From an uncultured Erysipelotrichaceae bacterium (GTDB lineage Bacteria; Bacillota_I; Bacilli_A; Erysipelotrichales; Erysipelotrichaceae), in the NCBI GenBank assembly GCA_964401865.1, contig CAYNZZ010000001.1, positions 205,441 through 237,440 of the forward strand: a stretch of 32,000 nt of DNA. The letters are read 5' to 3'. Numbering within the stretch: the stretch's first letter is position 1; each line of letters begins with the position of its first letter. The notes under the pieces are model-generated. The model was not told the origin of the DNA. It searched no databases and worked only from the letters and a program-made list of their open reading frames with translations. The position numbers were made by a program, and so were the translations under genes. Positions 8,338-16,896 of this stretch are shown piece after piece.

Positions 8338-9114
8338 CTACTTTAAAATATAACCGAAAACAGTATCTAATCCATTATCATCAAATTCAAATTCAATGAT
8401 ATAGGCGTCGTCAGATTCTAGTGTCCAAACTTTGATAGTATGATTGTTTTCTGCATTATCGACGAATGTTTTTTCTATTAAAGCACAATTTGAACCATCG
8501 ACAGCCGACATTCTTACAATGCTTGGATAAGCGTTTGGAATAGGATTGAAATCATTTTCTGAACTTAGTGCTTTATATAACAATGTATCTTTATAAGCGA
8601 TTCCGATTTTCTTTCCTAAAATATACCCACCATCATAATAGTATGTTTTAACATCTTCATCTTTAAGTAGTCCATCTATATCAAATAGGTTAAGGATAAA
8701 CCGATAATCTTTATAATATAAAGTATCAACCAATTGATTACAATCACACCATAGTCCGGCATAACCGTATTGACCCATGTTTAGATCAGTACATACTGCA
8801 CACATATTGCGATTGACAGGATAGAATTCTTTGTTTTGAAGTTCTTTAAAAGCTGTTAGTTCTAAGTATTCATAATTTCTATCATATAAAATTTCAGGCA
8901 TATCCTGCCATTTTTGATCAAGCTTAATAAAACTGTTATTATCATAACCACAATAAGCATTATCGATATTTTTGTAGCCTTCACAACCTTCAGGAATCTT
9001 TTCTACTTGAGGTTCCTCTGTTTTAATTGGTTCTACATCTTCGGTCTTTACTGGATTAGTATTTGAACAAGCTGATAGTAAGAATAATACTAATATTATT
9101 ATCAATCTTTTCAT
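8338..9114 (-). CDS. Cys-rich lipoprotein of unknown function
   Basis: 258 aa with a signal peptide and lipobox (FLLSAC-SN). The mature part carries several Cys, including CAVC and CDC. I recognise no domain. Confidence 0.7.
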   Translation of the reverse strand: MKRLIIILVLFLLSACSNTNPVKTEDVEPIKTEEPQVEKIPEGCEGYKNIDNAYCGYDNNSFIKLDQKWQDMPEILYDRNYEYLELTAFKELQNKEFYPVNRNMCAVCTDLNMGQYGYAGLWCDCNQLVDTLYYKDYRFILNLFDIDGLLKDEDVKTYYYDGGYILGKKIGIAYKDTLLYKALSSENDFNPIPNAYPSIVRMSAVDGSNCALIEKTFVDNAENNHTIKVWTLESDDAYIIEFEFDDNGLDTVFGYILK

Positions 9115-9196
9115 AATGTCATAACTTCTCCTTTTGAGTATATTTATTATACAATAAAAATAGAAGCAACAACTTTAACATGAAAGGAAAAACAGA

Positions 9197-9340
9197 ATGA
9201 AAAAAATACTTTTATTATTGATATCTAGTTTGCTTGTTATTACACTTACTTCTTGTGGCAATAAAACTAATGATTCAGGTGCAAATATAACTCCGAGCAA
9301 TAAACCGGTTCAAACTCATCATCCTGATCCTCATCATTAA
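9197..9340 (+). CDS. Small (47-aa) lipoprotein with His-rich C-terminus
   Basis: Not in the ORF track (<60 aa). The sequence is MKKILLLLISSLLVITLTSC-GNKTNDSGANITPSNKPVQTHHPDPHH, with a lipobox LTSC. SD AAAGGAAA lies upstream and a terminator follows. Confidence 0.5.
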   Translation: MKKILLLLISSLLVITLTSCGNKTNDSGANITPSNKPVQTHHPDPHH

Positions 9341-9370
9341 AACTTTAAAATATAAGATAAGTATCGAATA

Positions 9371-9405
9371 AAAACAGGCGAATTAAAACTCGTCTGTTTT
9401 TATTT
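9371..9405 (+). terminator. Intrinsic terminator after the small lipoprotein gene
   Basis: ACAGGCGA (9374-9381) / TCGTCTGT (9390-9397) form an 8-bp stem with one G-U pair. An A-run precedes it and TTTTTATTTT follows. Confidence 0.6.
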
Positions 9406-9485
9406 TGTCAACAGTCTGGAAAGGAACGAAGATTTCTTCTTTTTTTATAATTGCGTTATAATTTATATGTATATTTGGAGGTTTT

Positions 9486-10655
9486 GTGAAAAGATATAAT
9501 TTTAAAAAGGTACTTTTAAAAGATGATATTTTAGACAATGGATACATTGTTACAGACAATGGAAAAATTATAGAAATCGGCATAAATAAAGATAATAATT
9601 TTGATGGTGATATGGCGATAGCCGGGATTTTTGATATCCATAGTCATGGTTCGCATGGCTTTTCAGCTACAACGACTTCAAAAGAAGATATACTTTCCTA
9701 CACCAAAGCAATTGCCTCGACTGGTGTTACATCAGTTTTGGCTACTACACAGGAATTAGACAGCCTTTCTTTGATTGCTGACATAATTGATAAAGATGAA
9801 AGACAAGGCGCTAGAATCATTGGCATTAACGCTGAAGGCCCATTTCGCAATGAAAAATACATGGGTGCGTCAAAGGGCTTTTTGTGGCCTAAACCTAGCA
9901 TTGAATATAGTAAAAGAATGTTAGAAAGTGCTAGAGGTCATTTGCTGTATATGTCAGTTTCCTCGGAATTAGAAAAAATGGATGAGATAATTCCATACCT
10001 GGTTAAAAATGGCGTTAAAGTAGCTGGTGGACATACTGATGCGACATTTAAAGAGATGAATGAAGGTATTAAATTAGGGGTCAGTTCCATTTCGCATTTT
10101 GGTAATGCTATGCGGAAGATTCATCAAAGAGAAGGCGGAGCGATTGTGGCTTGTCTATTAGATGATGATATTTATTTGGAAATAAATCCCGATCATGTAC
10201 ATCTATCTAAGGAGATAATGGACTTATTTTTTAAAGTAAGAGGCATGGGTAAATATATTTTAATCTCTGATTCTTCCGAAGTTGCCGGTATGCCAAAGGG
10301 TACATATTTTGCCAGAGGGAAAAAACGTTTTGTGAACGAAGAAGGTGATGTCACAACCGATGACGGAACGATATCGGGAAGTGGGCATCCAATCATATAT
10401 GGCATTAGAAAACTGATTTTAGAAGATAATTATAATCCGGTTGATGTAGTGAATATGGCAACTTTAAATCCATGCAAATACATGGGTATTGATGATAAAA
10501 AAGGTAGTATCGAAGTAGGAAAAGATGCTGATATTGTTATTTTGGGTAACAATTATCAAGTGAAAAAGACAATCGTTGAAGGAGAAATAGTTTTTGATAT
10601 TGATGATAATGAGATATTGTTTAATCAAGCGATGAAGAATTTATGTACAGATTGA
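9486..10655 (+). CDS. nagA: N-acetylglucosamine-6-phosphate deacetylase family amidohydrolase (NagA-like)
   Basis: 389 aa. It has the metal-binding motif DIHSHG, NAEGPF (compare HLEGPF), GHTDAT, HFGNAM (compare HLFNAM), and a C-terminal GSIEVGKDADIVIL beta-sandwich. The start is GTG, preceded by GGAGG. Confidence 0.78.
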   Translation: MKRYNFKKVLLKDDILDNGYIVTDNGKIIEIGINKDNNFDGDMAIAGIFDIHSHGSHGFSATTTSKEDILSYTKAIASTGVTSVLATTQELDSLSLIADIIDKDERQGARIIGINAEGPFRNEKYMGASKGFLWPKPSIEYSKRMLESARGHLLYMSVSSELEKMDEIIPYLVKNGVKVAGGHTDATFKEMNEGIKLGVSSISHFGNAMRKIHQREGGAIVACLLDDDIYLEINPDHVHLSKEIMDLFFKVRGMGKYILISDSSEVAGMPKGTYFARGKKRFVNEEGDVTTDDGTISGSGHPIIYGIRKLILEDNYNPVDVVNMATLNPCKYMGIDDKKGSIEVGKDADIVILGNNYQVKKTIVEGEIVFDIDDNEILFNQAMKNLCTD

Positions 10656-11446
10656 TAGTTGCGGACATTGATGGCACACTGGTTAATAATAGCGATGCAA
10701 TGTCGAAGGAGTGTACCGATTATCTTAATAGGCTCCATGAAAATGGTTATCTTTTCGCTATTGCATCTGGGCGATATGTCATTGATATTTTAAGAAATAT
10801 TAAAGGATGGAAGTTAAATTTTGTGCCTGAGCTTTTGATAGCTTTAAATGGGGCTATGTATTTTGATAATATCGCTAATAAATCGTTCACTTTATCAAAG
10901 TTAAAAAGAGAATGGGTAAAAGAAATTTTGGATATAATGGATGTCTTTAAACTCAATCCTTATGTAGTCAACAACGGAATAATGTTATGTCATCACATTG
11001 ATGACTATGTTATTAGATCATCAAAACGCAATGACAGACAATTAAAGATAGCTAAAAGCTATGAAGATTACTATGACGAGCAGTACAAAGTATTATTTGA
11101 AATCAAAGCTGGTGACTATGAAAAGATTGATGAATATTTGTCCAAGTTTAATTTTAAAGATTATAAATATGTAAAGACACAGGATACAATGGTGGAATTT
11201 GTGAGAAAAGATACCGATAAAAGTATAGCTTTATGTCAATTCTGCAATATGCATGATATTGATATGAAAGAAGTCGTTGCCTTTGGAGATGGGCAAAATG
11301 ACATCGGAATCATTGAGTCTGCCGGACTGGGTGTGGCATTAAAAAACGGCGACAGAGATTTGTTGAAGGTCGCCGACATTGTTACGAAATATTCAAATGA
11401 TGAAGATGGTTTTTTAAAAACTCTTAAAGAAATTATTTGTATTTAA
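10643..11446 (+). CDS. Cof-type HAD-IIB family hydrolase (sugar phosphatase-like)
   Basis: 267 aa with HAD motif I (IVADIDGTLV) and motif IV (FGDGQNDIGIIESAG). It overlaps the 3' end of the nagA-like gene by 13 nt, consistent with an operon. Confidence 0.85.
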   Translation: MYRLIVADIDGTLVNNSDAMSKECTDYLNRLHENGYLFAIASGRYVIDILRNIKGWKLNFVPELLIALNGAMYFDNIANKSFTLSKLKREWVKEILDIMDVFKLNPYVVNNGIMLCHHIDDYVIRSSKRNDRQLKIAKSYEDYYDEQYKVLFEIKAGDYEKIDEYLSKFNFKDYKYVKTQDTMVEFVRKDTDKSIALCQFCNMHDIDMKEVVAFGDGQNDIGIIESAGLGVALKNGDRDLLKVADIVTKYSNDEDGFLKTLKEIICI

Positions 11447-12692
11447 GGTTTCTCAAATCATTACTGCGCTTAATCTTTTTAAGCTCGGTATAAATCTGAT
11501 TAAGTTTTGCTTCATAAGGATTTCGATCATTGAAATATAGTAGGTCGAGATCCTTTATTTCGTTGGGTAAATATTGAATCTTATGAAATAAATCATATCT
11601 TGAATAATCATATTTATCTTCTTCGCTCAGACCGCTTTGGTTATATTTTAAATAATTCGGCATATCATAGTTACTTTTTTCAGCTATCTCTTTGGCTTTA
11701 AAGATAGCGTCAATTCCACTTTTTGATTTTGGTGATAGACAAAGATCTATTATATGTACACCCAAGGGGATAATAGCTTCGGGGAAACCTATTTCATCAG
11801 CACTTTTGCACGCATTGATAGTTCTAGCGATTAAAGGAGGATTGGCAAGACCGATATCTTCGTAAGCGATTACCAAAAGCCTGCGAATGATACTTTTTAA
11901 ATCGCCGCTTTGCGCCAAAATGCTTAGGTAATAAAGAGCGGCATTGGGATCGGAACCTCTAATGCTCTTTTGAAAGGCACTTAAAAGATTGTAATAGCCA
12001 TCAGCATTTTTATCTATTGCCTTGTTTGGAATCTTTGATATTTCTTCGATTACATTTCGGTCGATCAATTTATTTTCCGAGGCAATAGCACATAGTTCTA
12101 AAGTGTTTAAGACATAGCGAATATCGCCACCGGAAATGCTGATTAGCATTTTGACAGCTTCATCATCTATCTTATACTCATTATTCAATCCCTTTGGCGA
12201 TTTTATAGCATGAGAAATTGCTTTTTTGATATCTTCATCACTCAAAGCTTTTAATTCAAAAAGATGAAGACGCGATCTGATGGCTGGATTGATACTATGA
12301 TAAGGATTAGTGGTCGTTGCACCAATTAAAGTAATTGAACCATCTTCGATATAAGGCAATAAGAGATCTTGTTTGTCCTTGTTTAAACGATGAACTTCAT
12401 CTAATATCAGTATTAGGCCATGATTCATACTGGCTTCAAAGAATATGGCATCAAGCTCTTTTTTATTACCGGTCACGGCATTGAAAAAGCGACATGGTTT
12501 ATTTAATGCTTTGGCAATAACTTGAGCCAAACTTGTTTTGCCAATACCGGGCGGACCAAAAAAGATACATGAAAAGAAGCGTTTCTCGTTTAAACACTTA
12601 CGAATAATCCCTTTTTGACCGACCAGATGTTCCTGCCCGATGATATCATCTAGACTTTCGGGTCTCAGTCTTGAAGCTAATGGTTCACGCAT
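11433..12692 (-). CDS. rarA: Replication-associated recombination protein A (AAA+ ATPase RarA/MgsA)
   Basis: 419 aa with LRPESLDDIIGQEHL, Walker A GPPGIGKTSLA, Walker B ILILDEVHR, and the C-terminal MgsA domain (AFQKSIRGSDPNAALYYL). Confidence 0.93.
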   Translation of the reverse strand: MREPLASRLRPESLDDIIGQEHLVGQKGIIRKCLNEKRFFSCIFFGPPGIGKTSLAQVIAKALNKPCRFFNAVTGNKKELDAIFFEASMNHGLILILDEVHRLNKDKQDLLLPYIEDGSITLIGATTTNPYHSINPAIRSRLHLFELKALSDEDIKKAISHAIKSPKGLNNEYKIDDEAVKMLISISGGDIRYVLNTLELCAIASENKLIDRNVIEEISKIPNKAIDKNADGYYNLLSAFQKSIRGSDPNAALYYLSILAQSGDLKSIIRRLLVIAYEDIGLANPPLIARTINACKSADEIGFPEAIIPLGVHIIDLCLSPKSKSGIDAIFKAKEIAEKSNYDMPNYLKYNQSGLSEEDKYDYSRYDLFHKIQYLPNEIKDLDLLYFNDRNPYEAKLNQIYTELKKIKRSNDLRNLKYK

Positions 12693-13345
12693 TTAATTTC
12701 CTTGTCAATAATTTCGATGGCATCATCGATATGTTCGCAAATCTTGTAAGCCAGTTTTCTTTTTTCATCTTCAATAAATACTAAATCAGGAATTAAAATA
12801 CATCTAACACCTGCTGAATTTGCAGATATTAATCCATTACGCGAATCTTCAAAAATAATAGCCTCTTCTTTCTTAATACCTAATTTGTCTATTGTCTTTA
12901 AATATATTTCCGGATCTGGTTTACTATTTGTAACTTCATCGCCACACACCAAAAAATCAAAATATTGATCAATTCCGGCGTTTACCAATGCTTTGGTGGC
13001 TAACGGGCGATATGTTGATGTCGCGATGACCATAGGGATATGATTTTGTTTTAAATAGTTTAATAGTTCTTTAACGCCTTTCATTAAAGGGATAGGTTCG
13101 GCGTAAAGCGATTCGCCTAAACATTTATTGATTCTTTGGCGATATAACTTGATATCAAAATTTTCTCCTAGTGTGTTTGAGAGTAATTCGTCAATTTTTT
13201 TAGAATTTAAACCAATGGTTTTGAGGAGTAATTCCATATCGATCGGGTAATTGTATTCTTTAATCATTTCTTGGGCTTTATTCAGATATACTCTTTCACT
13301 ATCTAGTAACAAGCCGTCCATATCAAATATAATTGCTTTTAACAT
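12677..13345 (-). CDS. HAD-IA family phosphatase (beta-phosphoglucomutase-like)
   Basis: 222 aa with motif I (IIFDMDGLLLDSE), motif II (ATST) and motif III/IV (K..EDSRNG). It overlaps the rarA start by 16 nt. Confidence 0.85.
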   Translation of the reverse strand: MLKAIIFDMDGLLLDSERVYLNKAQEMIKEYNYPIDMELLLKTIGLNSKKIDELLSNTLGENFDIKLYRQRINKCLGESLYAEPIPLMKGVKELLNYLKQNHIPMVIATSTYRPLATKALVNAGIDQYFDFLVCGDEVTNSKPDPEIYLKTIDKLGIKKEEAIIFEDSRNGLISANSAGVRCILIPDLVFIEDEKRKLAYKICEHIDDAIEIIDKEIKCVNH

Positions 13346-13547
13346 AAATATATTATAACTTTCTTTGAGAAGCTCTGCTATTAAACTTTTGAGAAATTAA
13401 ACCGATAAAATTTGAAAAAGTACAAAATTATTTTATTAAAAGAACTATAGGTCGATAAAACTGCGGTTTTATCGCAAATGTAATCGCTTTACATAGACTA
13501 TTTTAAAGCCATCTTGTATAATTAAGTGCTGAAAAGAGGTGCGATAA

Positions 13548-14360
13548 ATGGATATAGAGGTATTAAAAAAACACGCTACAAATATTCGTAAGAAAATAGT
13601 TCAAATGGTTTTTGATGCACAAAGCGGTCATCCGGGAGGATCTTTAGGAGCTGCTGACATCTTGACTTATTTGTATTTTGAACAAATGGATATCAATGGC
13701 GAAAACATTAATAGTATTAATAGAGATCGTTTTGTATTATCTAAAGGACATACAAGTCCTGCACTATATGCGACATTAGATGAAAGAGGTTTATTAAACG
13801 AAGATTTAACCACATTCAGACAAATTAATTCAAAGCTTCAAGGTCATCCTAATATGAACTATGTTGCAGGAGTAGATATGTCAACTGGTTCTTTAGGCCA
13901 AGGGTTATCCTGTGCTGTCGGTATGGCGCTCGCTAATAAATTAGATAATAAGTCATATAAGGTTTATGCGTTAGTTGGTGATGGCGAAAGTGAAGAAGGA
14001 ATGATTTATGAAGCCATGATGGCTGCTAGTCACTATAAATTAGACAATTTATGTGTAATATTTGATATCAATCACTTACAAATTGATGGTTGCGTTGAGG
14101 ATGTAATGAATCCGCTGCCATTAAATGAAAAAGCTAAAGCATTCGGCTTTAATGTTGTTGAGTGTAATGGTCATGATTTTTCATCATTAAAAGAAGCATT
14201 TTCACACTTTGGTGAAGTTGAGGGTAAACCAACAGCCATTATTGCCAATACTACAAAAGGTAAAGGCGTGTCTTTTATGGAGAATAATGCAGCATGGCAT
14301 GGAAGTGCCCCTAAATTAGAAGAATACAAGATTGCAATGAGCGATCTTGAAAAGGAGTAG
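13548..14360 (+). CDS. Transketolase, N-terminal (TPP-binding) subunit
   Basis: 270 aa with GHPGGSLGAADILTYLY, SKGHTSPALYA and GDGESEEG motifs. SD AAGAGGTG lies upstream. Confidence 0.93.
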   Translation: MDIEVLKKHATNIRKKIVQMVFDAQSGHPGGSLGAADILTYLYFEQMDINGENINSINRDRFVLSKGHTSPALYATLDERGLLNEDLTTFRQINSKLQGHPNMNYVAGVDMSTGSLGQGLSCAVGMALANKLDNKSYKVYALVGDGESEEGMIYEAMMAASHYKLDNLCVIFDINHLQIDGCVEDVMNPLPLNEKAKAFGFNVVECNGHDFSSLKEAFSHFGEVEGKPTAIIANTTKGKGVSFMENNAAWHGSAPKLEEYKIAMSDLEKE

Positions 14361-14364
14361 ACCG

Positions 14365-15288
14365 ATGTTAGAAGAAACAAGAAATGCTTATGGCAAAACA
14401 CTTGCTAAATTGGTAAGTGAAGATAAAAATATTGTGGTATTAGATGCTGACTTATCAAAATCAACCAAGACATACGAAGCATATAAAGTTGATCCAAATC
14501 GTCATATCAACGCCGGTATTGCTGAATGTAATATGATGGGTATGGCTGCCGGTTTGGCGGCTAGCGGCAAGACAGTATTTGCTTCTAGCTTTGCAATGTT
14601 TGCGTGTGGTAGAGCGTTTGAAATTATTAGAAATTCAATTTGTTATCCAAGGCTTAATGTCAAAGTCTGTGCAACTCATGCCGGATTAAGTGTTGGCGAA
14701 GATGGTGCATCACATCAAACGGTTGAAGATATTGCTATTATGCGTGCTATTCCAAATATGCAAGTTTTCTCACCGGCCGATGCTATTGAGACTAAAGCGA
14801 TTATTGAATATGTAGCTAAAATCAACGGTCCTTGCTATGTAAGAATGGGCAGAGGAAAAGTTGAATCGGTATATGAAGAAGGACACAAGTTTAATATCGG
14901 CAAAGTTGATGTTCTGAAAAAAGGTAAAGATATTTGTTTGTTCGCTACCGGTTTAATGGTTTCTGAAGCTATGAAAGCTAGTGAAGACCTTAAAGAAGAA
15001 GGCATTGATGTTACGGTTGTCAATGTATCTAGTATCAAACCTATTGATGCTGAAGGAATAATTGAACAAGCTAAAAAACATTCTATTTGTTTTGCGTTAG
15101 AAGAACATTCAATTATTGGCGGTTTATATGGAGCTATTGCCGAAATTATTGCACCTTTAAATATCACGAAACTATATCCTATCGGTGTCAATGATACTTT
15201 TGGTGAAAGTGGAAAAGCTAAAGATGTTTTAGAGAAGTATGGTATCTGTGCTTCAAATATCGTCAAAGTTGTAAAAGAAAAAAAATAG
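14365..15288 (+). CDS. Transketolase, C-terminal (pyrimidine-binding) subunit
   Basis: The sequence includes GIAECNMMGMAAGLA and SVGEDGASHQ. The track start at 14347 lacks an SD, whereas ATG 14365 lies 7 nt after AAGGAG, so I prefer it. Confidence 0.92.
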   Translation: MLEETRNAYGKTLAKLVSEDKNIVVLDADLSKSTKTYEAYKVDPNRHINAGIAECNMMGMAAGLAASGKTVFASSFAMFACGRAFEIIRNSICYPRLNVKVCATHAGLSVGEDGASHQTVEDIAIMRAIPNMQVFSPADAIETKAIIEYVAKINGPCYVRMGRGKVESVYEEGHKFNIGKVDVLKKGKDICLFATGLMVSEAMKASEDLKEEGIDVTVVNVSSIKPIDAEGIIEQAKKHSICFALEEHSIIGGLYGAIAEIIAPLNITKLYPIGVNDTFGESGKAKDVLEKYGICASNIVKVVKEKK

Positions 15289-15294
15289 TTTGTT

Positions 15295-15326
15295 AAGCTC
15301 GACTCATGTGCGGGCTTTTCTTTTTG
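15295..15326 (+). terminator. Intrinsic terminator after the transketolase genes
   Basis: AAGCTCG (15295-15301) / CGGGCTT (15311-15317) form a stem with one G-U pair, followed by TTCTTTTT. Confidence 0.6.
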
Positions 15327-15330
15327 TTTA

Positions 15331-15359
15331 TTGACATATAATATAAAGGATTTTATATT
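15331..15359 (+). promoter_or_regulatory. Sigma-A type promoter for mgtE
   Basis: TTGACA (15331-15336), a 17-nt spacer, and TATATT (15354-15359), about 65 nt upstream of the ATG. Confidence 0.55.
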
Positions 15360-15424
15360 TAGTTTGAAAGAGAAGTGGTATTAATTCCCTAATATCATTT
15401 TGTTACTAAAAAGGGGGATTTTAG

Positions 15425-16756
15425 ATGTTAGAAAAAATAATTGAATATATTGCCAATAATGATTTAACAGGTTTAAAGGCTTATTTACAAGAGCTTAATG
15501 ATGCGGATATTTCTGAATGCTTGGATGAACTTTCAAAAGAAGATGTTGCACTGGTATTTAGACTTTTAAATAAAGAACAAGCGGCTAGCGTCTTTTCAAG
15601 AATGGAAAGCGATACACAAGAGAAACTAGTTGAGATTCTATCAGACAGTGAAATCGGTGAAATTGTCAATAAGCTATTTATTGACGATGCAGTTGAGTTA
15701 GTAAATGAGATGCCTGCTAATTTGGTAACTCGTATTTTGCAGAATACTGATAAATCAAAAAGAGGATATATCAATAAGATTTTGCAGTATCCAGAAGATT
15801 CTGCCGGTTCTTTGATGACAATCGAATATGAAGAAGTCTTAGAGAACATGACCGTAAGAGATGCCTTTGAAAAGATTAGAGAAACAGGCATGGGTAAGGA
15901 AACCGTTTATATTGTTTATGTCTTGGATCTTCAAAGGCATTTGATTGGTGTTACGACAGTTAGAAGATTATTATTGTCAAAGATGGACACATTAATTTCT
16001 GATATCATGGAAACCAATGTCATCACTATCAACACTCATCAAGACAAAGAAGAAGTAGCAAGAATGTTTGATAAGTATGATTTTATTGCCATGCCGGTTG
16101 TCGATTTAGAAAATCGTATGGTTGGTATCATTACAATTGATGATGCTTTAGATGTAATGAGTGAAGAGAATGAAGAAGACTTTGAAATTATGGCCGCTAT
16201 GTCGCCAAGCGAAGATTCTTACTTTAAAACTTCGGTATGGGAGCACACTAAAAATCGTATTGTATGGCTTTTAATTCTGATGCTTTCAGCAACAATTACT
16301 GGCAGCATTATTACACATTATCAAAATGCCTTTGCTTCACTCCCTATTTTAGTATCATTTATTCCAATGATTATGGATACGGGCGGTAACTGTGGTTCGC
16401 AATCTTCAACAATGATAATTCGTGGTTTGGCAACCGGAGAAATCGAACTTAAAGATGTATTGAAAGTATGGTTTAAAGAAACAAGAATTGCTTTGCTTGT
16501 CGGTTTGATTTTGGCAGTTGTGACTGGCGTGAGAGTTGTAATTCAATATCAAAATCCTCTATTAGCTTTAGTTCTTGGTATTACTTTAATATGTACTGTT
16601 GTATTGGCTAAATCGTTAGGCTGCACTTTGCCGATGCTGGCTAAAAAATTAAAGCTTGATCCAGCTATTATGGCTTCACCTTTGATTACTACTGTTGTCG
16701 ATACGACATCAATTCTTATTTATTTTAATGTTGCCGTGTTGTTTTTAAGCATTTAA
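15425..16756 (+). CDS. mgtE: Magnesium transporter MgtE
   Basis: 443 aa with an N-domain, tandem CBS domains and a C-terminal 5-TM MgtE domain (PMIMDTGGNCGSQSST). Confidence 0.93.
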   Translation: MLEKIIEYIANNDLTGLKAYLQELNDADISECLDELSKEDVALVFRLLNKEQAASVFSRMESDTQEKLVEILSDSEIGEIVNKLFIDDAVELVNEMPANLVTRILQNTDKSKRGYINKILQYPEDSAGSLMTIEYEEVLENMTVRDAFEKIRETGMGKETVYIVYVLDLQRHLIGVTTVRRLLLSKMDTLISDIMETNVITINTHQDKEEVARMFDKYDFIAMPVVDLENRMVGIITIDDALDVMSEENEEDFEIMAAMSPSEDSYFKTSVWEHTKNRIVWLLILMLSATITGSIITHYQNAFASLPILVSFIPMIMDTGGNCGSQSSTMIIRGLATGEIELKDVLKVWFKETRIALLVGLILAVVTGVRVVIQYQNPLLALVLGITLICTVVLAKSLGCTLPMLAKKLKLDPAIMASPLITTVVDTTSILIYFNVAVLFLSI

Positions 16757-16771
16757 ATAAATAAAATGAGG

Positions 16772-16812
16772 CAAATATTGCCCAAGGAATTCGTGCCTCC
16801 GGGCAATATTTG
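16772..16812. repeat. Perfect 12-bp inverted repeat (hairpin) just after mgtE
   Basis: CAAATATTGCCC (16772-16783) / GGGCAATATTTG (16801-16812) with a 17-nt loop and no U-tract after it. Confidence 0.6.
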
Positions 16813-16848
16813 TGGGATAAAAACCTGGTTTTTGAAATTCCTTCTTGC

Positions 16849-16867
16849 ATATATATATATATATATA
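16849..16867. repeat. (TA)9 dinucleotide microsatellite inside a promoter-like region
   Basis: An uninterrupted alternating A/T run. It overlaps TTGCAT (16845-16850) and TATAAT (16864-16869) upstream of the FxLYD gene. Confidence 0.95.
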
Positions 16868-16896
16868 ATGAATGAAATAAAAGGAGGAATTGAAAA

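Noticed and set aside
11433-11446. A 14-nt overlap between the 3' ends of the convergent Cof-HAD and rarA genes, with no terminator between them.
   Set aside because: It is real in the sequence, but it is a common compact-genome arrangement and I see nothing further to test.
13477-13491. cre (CcpA) site TGTAATCGCTTTACA upstream of transketolase.
   Set aside because: It does not fit TGWAANCGNTNWCA without a 1-nt insertion in the right half, so I report it only as a generic dyad.
14347-14364. N-terminal extensions offered by the ORF track: transketolase C subunit 14347, SBP 26341, recombinase 20092, GntR 3705.
   Set aside because: In each case a downstream start has a proper SD at 5-9 nt and gives a canonical N-terminus. 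The extensions lack an SD or run into promoter or operator DNA.
15289-15424. Possible M-box (Mg2+) riboswitch upstream of mgtE.
   Set aside because: After the terminator and promoter, only about 65 nt of leader remain. That is far shorter than an M-box aptamer plus expression platform, and I see no matching conserved helices.
16819-16840. Resemblance of ATAAAAACC-T-GGTTTTTGAAAT to the Hin hix half-site (TTATCAAAAACC / GGTTTTTGATAA). Similar half-site-like strings occur at 17383-17394 (GGTTTTTAATAA) and 20304-20315 (GGTTTTTGAGCA).
   Set aside because: The centre is 1 bp, not the 2 bp needed for staggered serine-recombinase cleavage. The other two hits are lone half-sites, and one is simply the codons G-F-stop. 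GGTTTTT heptamers are expected several times by chance in 32 kb of this composition. I kept it only as a note in case the recombinase's real site turns out to be hix-like.
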